Shown here piece by piece: positions 1-7,295 of a DNA stretch of 15,126 bases. The DNA comes from Candidatus Rhabdochlamydia sp. GTDB taxonomy: Bacteria > Chlamydiota > Chlamydiia > Chlamydiales > Rhabdochlamydiaceae. Both the position numbers and the translations under genes were made by a program. Each line of letters begins with the position of its first letter. Position 1 is the first letter of the stretch. The notes beneath the pieces are model-generated. The model was not told the DNA's origin. It saw only the letters and a program-made list of their open reading frames with translations, and did no database searches. Location of the stretch: positions 1-15,126 of the forward strand of contig JBOFFP010000002.1 in NCBI GenBank assembly GCA_051648645.1, given 5' to 3'.

Positions 1-14
1 GACAAAAATTTAGT

Positions 15-128
15 CTTGGTGGCAATAGAGAAGAGGAAATACCTGATCCCATCCCGAACTCAGAAGTCAAGCTCTTCATCGCCGATGGTACTATACTCAA
101 GAGTATGGGAGAGTAGGTCGCCGCCAAG
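15..128 (+). rRNA. rrf: 5S ribosomal RNA
   Basis: Typical 5S motifs (CCTGATCCCATCCCGAACTCAGAAGTCAAGC, GCCGATGGTA, GAGAGTAGGTCG). Terminal helix CTTGGTGGC (15-23) pairs with GCCGCCAAG (120-128). Ends uncertain by 1-2 nt. Confidence 0.97.
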
Positions 129-140
129 TTTTTTCTATCT

Positions 141-171
141 CCCTAGTTGGCTAGTCTAACTAGGGTTTTTT
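141..171 (+). terminator. Intrinsic terminator of the rRNA operon
   Basis: 10-bp stem CCCTAGTTGG (141-150)/CTAACTAGGG (156-165) with one G-U pair, 5-nt loop, then T6. Confidence 0.9.
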
Positions 172-237
172 CATGCCCAAAAATAATAGAAAATATTTTA
201 ATTTAAGAATTAATAATTATATAAAAATTCATTAAAT

Positions 238-266
238 TTGGTTTTAAATTGAATTAAAAGTATAAT
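238..266 (+). promoter_or_regulatory. Putative sigma66/sigma70 promoter of the 300..1445 gene
   Basis: TTGGTT (238-243), 17-nt spacer, TATAAT (261-266), preceded by a very AT-rich tract. AAGGT RBS-like motif at 290-294. Confidence 0.6.
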
Positions 267-299
267 CTTAGAAAAAAATGTTAATTAAAAAGGTAAACA

Positions 300-1445
300 A
301 TGACTTATTTACTTCCATTAAATCCAAATCTTAATGAAGTTTGCTCTAAAGTGACTTCTGAAAAATACCTTAATAACATAGCTTTTAATTTGAAAATTTC
401 CGATGTGCTACTAAAATTTAAAAGGGCTAGAGAAGGAATTAGTACTACTAAGCAGATAGTGATTACTGCTATTACTTGTGCTGCAATAGCTTTTCGTCCA
501 AAAAAAATTGTTGTTCGAGTAGGATGTATTGCTTTTTCAGCATTTGCTTATAATTCTTATGCTAAGTTAGTAGAGAAAAAAGAATGCAATTTATTGCTTA
601 CAATGCAAGCTATTAAAGAGATTGAATATTTATCCGATCCTGACCTAGTTAAAAAATCTTTAGCATCTCTACATTCTTATGAAAATAATGAGTCTTTAAG
701 AGAGATTCAATCATATTTAGATGATTTAGAAGAATTGCCTTTAAAGAAAGAATGGCAAAAAAAGTACAAAAAAATATCAGCAGATCTAAAAAAAATTAAT
801 CAAATATTGATGTATTTTAAAACAGATGAGTTATCACGCTCAGCAAAACTAGAAGAAGCGCAATTAGATTTATTATTAGAAGATCTAACCCCTCTTATTA
901 ATGATGTTGATAAAAATAGGGCCACTTTAAAAGAAATACAAAAAACTTTGGAATTTTTAAAAGAATCGAGCTTTGTCAAACCCGATTTTTTAAATTTGAA
1001 TTCAAAAATCTTAGCAGATCAAGAAAATCTGAGCAAAAAACTAAATACTCTACAAAAAAATAGTTCCATTTTTAAAGAAAATAAAACTCCTTTAAACAAA
1101 TTAGCTAATACTTATCTAAAATTTGATCAAAATATTTTGGATAAAACAAGAGCGTGTCGAAATTTTATGTTTTATTCTCTAGCTGGGACAGCTTTAATTA
1201 AAGTAGGTCTTTTTTTTAATAAACACTTTAATAAAAGCAATTGGGCAGATCAAGAGATTATGATGAAGGTTATAGGTCATCCTTTCCTCTTAATTACTTT
1301 GGGGGGATTATCTATTGCATATGCTGCTAAAAATGTATGCACTCTTATAGCTCATAGAAATGATAGAGCAGAAGAAGAAAATGCATACAAGAACTTTACA
1401 GAAGATGATATAAGTAAGTTGCAATTATTATTGAAACAAGGCTAG
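300..1445 (+). CDS. Hypothetical membrane protein with two hydrophobic hairpins and a central coiled coil (Inc-like candidate)
   Basis: 381-aa ORF with its own promoter and terminator. Paired hydrophobic segments at about aa 54-85 and aa 289-345 flank a K/E/L-rich helical region. No recognised family. Confidence 0.75.
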   Translation: MTYLLPLNPNLNEVCSKVTSEKYLNNIAFNLKISDVLLKFKRAREGISTTKQIVITAITCAAIAFRPKKIVVRVGCIAFSAFAYNSYAKLVEKKECNLLLTMQAIKEIEYLSDPDLVKKSLASLHSYENNESLREIQSYLDDLEELPLKKEWQKKYKKISADLKKINQILMYFKTDELSRSAKLEEAQLDLLLEDLTPLINDVDKNRATLKEIQKTLEFLKESSFVKPDFLNLNSKILADQENLSKKLNTLQKNSSIFKENKTPLNKLANTYLKFDQNILDKTRACRNFMFYSLAGTALIKVGLFFNKHFNKSNWADQEIMMKVIGHPFLLITLGGLSIAYAAKNVCTLIAHRNDRAEEENAYKNFTEDDISKLQLLLKQG

Positions 1446-1470
1446 ATTTCACTTAAATCTTTTTCTCTAT

Positions 1471-1505
1471 AACCTTAAGTTAGACATGTAACTTAAGGTT
1501 TTTTT
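1471..1505 (+). terminator. Intrinsic terminator
   Basis: Perfect 12-bp inverted repeat AACCTTAAGTTA (1471-1482)/TAACTTAAGGTT (1489-1500), 6-nt loop, followed by a T-run. Confidence 0.85.
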
Positions 1506-1695
1506 ATATCTAAAAATAGTGCTAATTTTTTCCTATAAAAATTTTCAATTTTAAAAAGTTTAAAGCTTGCAATAAGCCAGAATTAATGCGAAAATAGACT
1601 TTTTTTGAGAGTAACTCTCTTTAAAGAGTTGATATATTATATACTTTCTTACTTGAGAAAGGTAAAAATAAGAAAAAAATCTGTAGGTAAAAACT

Positions 1696-3630
1696 ATGAC
1701 TAAATATTGTGAATCTATCTATAAAACAAAAAGATGGAAAACACGTGAAGTTATGGTTAGCCATGTAGGAGTTGGAGGCAACAATCCTGTTCGCATCCAA
1801 TCCATGACTACCTCCAATACACGTGATGTGGAAGCTACCATAGCGCAGATCATTCGGTTAGCTGATGCAGGATGCGAAATTGCTAGAGTAACCGTCCAAG
1901 GCATGAAAGAAGCTGATGCTTGCGAAGGAATTAAAAATGGCCTTCTTCGACGTGGTTATACAATTCCTGTTGTTGCTGATATACATTTTTTCCCACCTGC
2001 TGCGATGCGAGTTGTGGATTTTATCGATAAGGTACGAGTCAATCCTGGTAACTATGTTGATAGAAGAGCTTCCTTTAAAACTATTGAATACGATGATGCT
2101 TCCTATGCCAAAGAAATAGAAAAAATTGAAGAACGATTTACGCCTCTTGTTGAAAAATGCAAATGTTTAAAGAGATCCATGCGTATAGGAACAAACCATG
2201 GCTCCCTATCTGATCGCATTATGAATCGTTATGGTGATACGCCACAAGGAATGGTAGAGTCAGCGCTAGAATTTGCAAGGGTTTGTCGCAAGAACGACTA
2301 TCATAATTTTATGTTTTCTATGAAATCCTCTAATCCGCAAGTAATGATTTTAGCTTATCGACTTTTAGTGGCTGAAATGATCGCATTGGGATGGGATTAT
2401 CCTCTGCATTTAGGAGTAACAGAAGCAGGAGAAGGAGAAGATGGCCGAGTGAAATCAGCTATGGGAATCGGTTCTCTTCTTTTAGATGGTATCGGAGATA
2501 CCATTCGCGTTTCTCTAACAGAAGATCCTTGGTACGAAATTGATCCTTGTCAGCGTCTTGTTACATTTGCTTCTGCGTATGAAAAAAAAGAAGGAGTACT
2601 ACCTTTTAAAGAGACCTATCGCAATATCGAAAAGATGCAACGGCGCACAGTTCACTTACCAAAAAATATTTCTTTGCATAGAGACGGAACAGTCCTCATC
2701 GGTGTAAATAAGAGTGACATAGATGATAGTAACTTTTATAAAAAACTAGGCTGTGATGTGCAACTAGGCCTTCCTAAGCTCAAAAGAGCTAGTGCTGATT
2801 GTATTGCTTTGTTAGACAAAGATAATACTCTTCCAATTCTTAAACATTTGCAGGAAATGGGGATGAGTCTATTTTCTCAAAATCCAATAGAAGGTGAAGT
2901 TAAACTTACTTCATTATCAGAAGCTGGAGGAATTGCATCTCAAGTTGATAAACTCACTCTTATGCCATCTTTATCAGCAGTGATGATAAAAAATGAAACT
3001 CCTAAAGAATGGGAAAAGCTTTTAGAAGTGCAACCAGCACTGATTATTTTAGCGCCAGAGGATCATAGGCTACATTACTGCAGGCAGTTTTTTGATTGGA
3101 TGCAAATCCAAAAACTACAAACTCCTGTTATCTTAAATTTTAGCTATTCTTGTGCTAAGGAAGATCTTATTATTCAATCAGCTACAGAGCTAGGAGCTCT
3201 ATTATGTGATGGTTTAGGAGAGGGAATTTGGCTGACAGGTCCATATGCTATTGAGTTTCTTAGAGATTTAAGTTTTACTATTTTGCAATCTGCAAGAATG
3301 CGTACTTTCAAAACTGATTTCATTTCCTGCCCAAGTTGTGGTAGAACCCTTTTTGATCTTCAGGATGTTTCCAAACGTATCCGTGAACGCACCTCTCATC
3401 TTCCCGGTGTAAAAATTGCCATCATGGGTTGTATTGTAAATGGCCCAGGGGAAATGGCTGATGCAGACTTTGGTTATGTTGGATCCAAGCCAGGAAAGAT
3501 AGATCTCTATCTTGGAAAAACCTGTGTTGAGAAAGACATTGACTTTGCCGATGCTGATGATCGTTTAATTGAGCTAATAAAAAAACATGGGCGATGGATA
3601 GAGCCAGAAATAACAATAGAAACAATCTAA
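1696..3630 (+). CDS. ispG: (E)-4-hydroxy-3-methylbut-2-enyl-diphosphate synthase IspG/GcpE, long three-domain type
   Basis: Motifs VRIQSMT, PVVADIHF, RVNPGN, RIGTNHGSLS, YPLHLGVTEAG and GIGDTIRVSLT, plus C-terminal 4Fe-4S ligands SCPSCGRT and MGCIVNGPGE. The central insert gives 644 aa. Confidence 0.98.
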   Translation: MTKYCESIYKTKRWKTREVMVSHVGVGGNNPVRIQSMTTSNTRDVEATIAQIIRLADAGCEIARVTVQGMKEADACEGIKNGLLRRGYTIPVVADIHFFPPAAMRVVDFIDKVRVNPGNYVDRRASFKTIEYDDASYAKEIEKIEERFTPLVEKCKCLKRSMRIGTNHGSLSDRIMNRYGDTPQGMVESALEFARVCRKNDYHNFMFSMKSSNPQVMILAYRLLVAEMIALGWDYPLHLGVTEAGEGEDGRVKSAMGIGSLLLDGIGDTIRVSLTEDPWYEIDPCQRLVTFASAYEKKEGVLPFKETYRNIEKMQRRTVHLPKNISLHRDGTVLIGVNKSDIDDSNFYKKLGCDVQLGLPKLKRASADCIALLDKDNTLPILKHLQEMGMSLFSQNPIEGEVKLTSLSEAGGIASQVDKLTLMPSLSAVMIKNETPKEWEKLLEVQPALIILAPEDHRLHYCRQFFDWMQIQKLQTPVILNFSYSCAKEDLIIQSATELGALLCDGLGEGIWLTGPYAIEFLRDLSFTILQSARMRTFKTDFISCPSCGRTLFDLQDVSKRIRERTSHLPGVKIAIMGCIVNGPGEMADADFGYVGSKPGKIDLYLGKTCVEKDIDFADADDRLIELIKKHGRWIEPEITIETI

Positions 3631-4592
3631 GTTCTATTTTAGCAAAGATTTATCGGAATATACCAGTAATCATAGCAGCAATCCTATGGATCAGTCCTTT
3701 AAAGGGCATTGCAAATGATGATGTCGGAGCTATATATACTCGTTCTATAGAAGACAAAGATCCTTTAATCCAACGCATCTATGGTCTAGTCATTAAATCC
3801 ATAGATCATTTGGAAGATCTACCTGGCATAAAAGATGTGCCTAAGATAGCTAAATCGGTTCATGTTCTTAAACTAGATCTTAAAACACTTTGGACTCAGC
3901 TGGTAGAAGAAGGATTTGCCATCATAGAAGAGACGGATAAAGTAGGAAGGCCCTATGCTGTATATCTACAAGCCATTATCGAGGATGTATTGTCTTCTGA
4001 ATTGCAAAAAGGACAGCTAAAATCTCTAGAAGGAGTGATACATACTCCTATGCCAGCTACTCCGCTTTGTACAGAGGGAAAAATCTCAAAAGATTTGATA
4101 GTAGCAACCATTGAAAAAGATTTTCTGCGATTAGGTACTGTATTGTGTCGATCCATAATTGTTAGAGAGTATTTGAAAAAAGGAGGAAAACTGGAAATCG
4201 TTTATCCTAAATATGGAAAACCACGAACAGTAGAACAGTTAAAAATCTACCAAGAAACATTAAAAAAATATGCTCCATATCTTAAAGATCATCCTTTAGA
4301 TTGCATATCCATTCATAAAGATCTAAATGGTGCTTATTATACATTTAAAAACCTTGAAGGAAAAAAATTTGCTTTTGCAATAAGCGCCTCTCAAGCGAAT
4401 GATGTTTTAGAAAGAAACATTTTTGGTTTATGCTTTAATCTCCAGGAAAAAAGTGTTTTTGGCTTATGGTTTGATGAGTTTGATCATCATCCTGTTCATG
4501 AACGGATTTCAGAGGTAGAAGAATTCATTAAAGAGCGCGATTTCCCCCCTTTTTATAAACATAAAATTCGTTATTATGAAGGGTTTAGATAA
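3594..4592 (+). CDS. Hypothetical protein with N-terminal signal-peptide/TM-like segment
   Basis: 332-aa ORF; hydrophobic IPVIIAAILWISPLKGIA near the N-terminus. The called start overlaps the ispG end by 37 nt, so the start is uncertain. Confidence 0.75.
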   Translation: MDRARNNNRNNLSSILAKIYRNIPVIIAAILWISPLKGIANDDVGAIYTRSIEDKDPLIQRIYGLVIKSIDHLEDLPGIKDVPKIAKSVHVLKLDLKTLWTQLVEEGFAIIEETDKVGRPYAVYLQAIIEDVLSSELQKGQLKSLEGVIHTPMPATPLCTEGKISKDLIVATIEKDFLRLGTVLCRSIIVREYLKKGGKLEIVYPKYGKPRTVEQLKIYQETLKKYAPYLKDHPLDCISIHKDLNGAYYTFKNLEGKKFAFAISASQANDVLERNIFGLCFNLQEKSVFGLWFDEFDHHPVHERISEVEEFIKERDFPPFYKHKIRYYEGFR

Positions 4593-4646
4593 TTAGAAAT
4601 TTTTCGATTTGCAATAGAATAAATCAATTATTAAATGTAACAAATC

Positions 4647-4675
4647 TTGCTCTATTAAGATACAGAATTTAGGAT
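4647..4675 (+). promoter_or_regulatory. Possible sigma66 promoter of the 4703..5362 gene
   Basis: TTGCTC (4647-4652), 17-nt spacer, TAGGAT (4670-4675). AAGGGGA RBS-like motif just before the ATG at 4703. Confidence 0.4.
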
Positions 4676-4702
4676 GGGTTTACGAAAAAGAAAGGGGATT
4701 TA

Positions 4703-5362
4703 ATGAGGCTTTTTTCTATAGAAAATTACATTTCTCAACAAATTAGAAATTCCTTTAAGGGAACAAATAAATTGTTCACTCAATTCCAGTTAAAAAATAT
4801 TTGGGAAACTACAGTAAGCAATCAAAGGTTTTTAAAAAGACTGTTAGCTTTTTTTTATTATTGGAAGAAAAGAAAACAGGTGCTTAAAAAATCAAAAAAA
4901 ATAAATAAAATATTTTTATTTTCCATAAAAACGGTAATTAAGGCTGCACATGAAAGATGGCCTTTGGATTTAAGCCCTGATTACATGTATAACAGTTTAT
5001 TTATGTCTATTCCTCCAAGTAAAAGATTAAGAAAAGAGAAATTTTATAGGCTTCTAGAAGAAAAAGAAGAAAAATATCAAAGAGCGGCTAACCTATTTTT
5101 TGAAGGTTTACAAGCGCATTTTTTTTATTTAGTTCCTAGAGAGATGCAAAGTCCAGAGCTAAGAAGGATTTTTTTTGATGAGGCATTGCGGTTTCTACAA
5201 GATCCCAAGATGCAAAAATCAGCGATTAGGACATCTACAAGGAAATCACAGTCTTATTTCTTAGCTACTCATAAAATTAAAGATCTTAAAAAAACATTTT
5301 ATCAAATGGATAGAGAAATAAAAGAAGAAGCAGAAATCGATTCTTTTAAGGATGCAGCTTAA
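4703..5362 (+). CDS. Hypothetical basic protein
   Basis: 219-aa ORF with an RBS; rich in K, R and F; no recognised family. Its 3' end overlaps the convergent gene by 17 nt. Confidence 0.7.
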   Translation: MRLFSIENYISQQIRNSFKGTNKLFTQFQLKNIWETTVSNQRFLKRLLAFFYYWKKRKQVLKKSKKINKIFLFSIKTVIKAAHERWPLDLSPDYMYNSLFMSIPPSKRLRKEKFYRLLEEKEEKYQRAANLFFEGLQAHFFYLVPREMQSPELRRIFFDEALRFLQDPKMQKSAIRTSTRKSQSYFLATHKIKDLKKTFYQMDREIKEEAEIDSFKDAA

Positions 5363-6563
5363 AAGAGGTCCCTGCAATATAGCCTGTTGTCCAAGCATTT
5401 TGAAAATTGAATCCGCCTGTAACTCCATCAATGTTAAGAATTTCTCCTGCAAAAAAAAGTCGAGGGCAAATTTTGCTTTGCATTGTTTTAAAATCTACTT
5501 CTTTTAAACACACTCCTCCACAAGTTACAAATTCTTGTTTATTGGTGGTTTTTCCCTCAATTTGATAAAGATCTTCGGTAAGTTTTTGTGCAAGGCTTTT
5601 TAAATGTTGTAAGGAAATTTCTACAAGGCGTTTTTTATGAGGGATGCCGAGTTGTTCTAAAAAGGCCTTCCATAGATTTTTAGGCAAGTCGAATAAGTTT
5701 TCTTGGAAAAGCATTTTTTGTGGGGAATGGATTTTTGCTTCTTGCAATTTAGCCAAGGCAATTTCTTTCGGGAGGGTAAGCCAGTTAATAATTAATTTGG
5801 CTTGATAATTTTGTTCATGCAAATATCTAGCTCCCCAAGCCGATAGTTTTAAAATAGCAGGTCCACTAAAACCAAAATGTGTGATTAAAACAGGCCCTTC
5901 TTGGATGAGTTTTGTGCTCAAGATTTGTAGGCGTACAGGATTAACAGAAATTCCGCTTAAATCTTTTAAAGAAGAAGTAGGAACATTAAAAGTAAAAAGG
6001 GAAGGAACCGGCTTTTGGATGGTATGACCTAGTTGTTCTGCCCATTGATATCCTTGAGGGCTACTACCTGTTGCTAGCAGAAGATGTGTGGTTTGATAAA
6101 GCTGTTGCTTTTTTGTATGCAATGTAAAATATGTTTCGTCATGCTCTAATAGTTCAATATGCTCTGTTAATTTAATGACAACCGCTAAGCGATCAGCTTC
6201 TTTTAATAAAGCCTGGATAATTGTTTCCGATTGATCTGTCTGAGGAAAAATACGTCCATCGGTTTCTGTTTTTAAAAGAGCTCCTTTAGATTCAAACCAA
6301 TTTATTGTGTCGCTTGGTTGAAAAACATAAAAAGGTCCAAGAAGTTCTTTTTCTCCTCTAGGGTAATTTTTCACGAGTTGTTTGGGATCAAAACAAGAAT
6401 GGGTTACATTGCATCTTCCTCCACCGGAAATGCGTACTTTTGTCAGCAAAACGGCATTTTTTTCGAGTAGGAGAACATTTGCTGTTGGATAGGTTAGCTT
6501 AGCGTTAATGGCTGCAAAAATGCCAGCTGCTCCACCTCCTAAAACAATCAAATCATAGAGCAT
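5346..6563 (-). CDS. HI0933/YhiN (BaiN-like) family NAD(P)/FAD-dependent oxidoreductase
   Basis: GGGAAG Rossmann motif, KVRISGGGRCNVT, GRIFP, LITHFGFSGPAIL, VTCGGV and GEILNIDGVTGGFNFQNAW. Confidence 0.95.
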   Translation of the reverse strand: MLYDLIVLGGGAAGIFAAINAKLTYPTANVLLLEKNAVLLTKVRISGGGRCNVTHSCFDPKQLVKNYPRGEKELLGPFYVFQPSDTINWFESKGALLKTETDGRIFPQTDQSETIIQALLKEADRLAVVIKLTEHIELLEHDETYFTLHTKKQQLYQTTHLLLATGSSPQGYQWAEQLGHTIQKPVPSLFTFNVPTSSLKDLSGISVNPVRLQILSTKLIQEGPVLITHFGFSGPAILKLSAWGARYLHEQNYQAKLIINWLTLPKEIALAKLQEAKIHSPQKMLFQENLFDLPKNLWKAFLEQLGIPHKKRLVEISLQHLKSLAQKLTEDLYQIEGKTTNKQEFVTCGGVCLKEVDFKTMQSKICPRLFFAGEILNIDGVTGGFNFQNAWTTGYIAGTSFKLHP

Positions 6564-6567
6564 AAGA

Positions 6568-6765
6568 TTATTTTTTCCGATTAATGGGGCAGCTATTTTT
6601 TCCTAGAAGCTGGTACAGAACACACCAACTAAAAAAAGCTTCTAGTAATGTAAATATGCCAAAAAATAACAAAATCCAGCTACTTTTCCAAATGGAGCAA
6701 CCAATGAGAATGAGAGCCAAACCTAAACGGATAAATCGATCTTTGAATCCTAAATTTTTTTTCAT
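6568..6765 (-). CDS. DUF2892 (YgaP-like) small membrane protein
   Basis: MKKNLGFKDRFIRL start, two TM helices and the WCVLYQLLGKNSC motif fit the family. I chose the second Met (6765) over the ORF-track start at 6789. Confidence 0.88.
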   Translation of the reverse strand: MKKNLGFKDRFIRLGLALILIGCSIWKSSWILLFFGIFTLLEAFFSWCVLYQLLGKNSCPINRKK

Positions 6766-6778
6766 ACTTTTCTTAAGT

Positions 6779-7231
6779 TTAATTAGCATAGAACCTATTC
6801 AGGCAGTGTGCTTTTAATTTATGAATTACCCGAAGATGGGGGCTTCTGGGGATAAATGTTATAAAAGGAGCTAGTTGTTCCTTAAGAATAGCTCTGTTGC
6901 AACGATCAATATAAACTACTCTGTATTTTTCTAAATTGAAGATTTGTGCAATTTTTTCTATGGTTATTCCTAGCTTCCGAGCTTCCTGAATGCGATACTT
7001 TATCTCTGGACTATATCTTCCATTTATTTTAATTTTTATGATTCTTTTTTTGTTAATTATTTTATAAATATCAGCAATGTTTATTTGGGAATCTTTAGAA
7101 ATTTCATGCATAGGAATATGATTTTTAAATTCTTTTAGAACTTTTTTTTCCAAAGGACTTAAAGATAAATCAAGTGGCTCAGGAGATACAATCTGCAATC
7201 TTGTTAGAGGGGAGATCAATCTATTGGGCAT
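6779..7231 (-). CDS. Hypothetical protein with two helix-turn-helix-like segments
   Basis: 150-aa ORF with GGAGG (minus strand, 7245-7241) 9 nt upstream of the ATG. PMHEISKDSQINIADIYKII and ITIEKIAQIFNLEKYRVVYI have HTH-like patterns. Confidence 0.7.
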   Translation of the reverse strand: MPNRLISPLTRLQIVSPEPLDLSLSPLEKKVLKEFKNHIPMHEISKDSQINIADIYKIINKKRIIKIKINGRYSPEIKYRIQEARKLGITIEKIAQIFNLEKYRVVYIDRCNRAILKEQLAPFITFIPRSPHLRVIHKLKAHCLNRFYAN

Positions 7232-7295
7232 GTATATTATCCTCCAGAATTAAAAAAGAGCTAAAAAGGTAAAAATAATATGATGGTATAGCTAT

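Noticed and set aside
4674..4703. 9-codon uORF MGLRKRKGI overlapping the next start (TAATG)
   Set aside because: It has no SD and overlaps the predicted -10 element; such short ORFs are common by chance.
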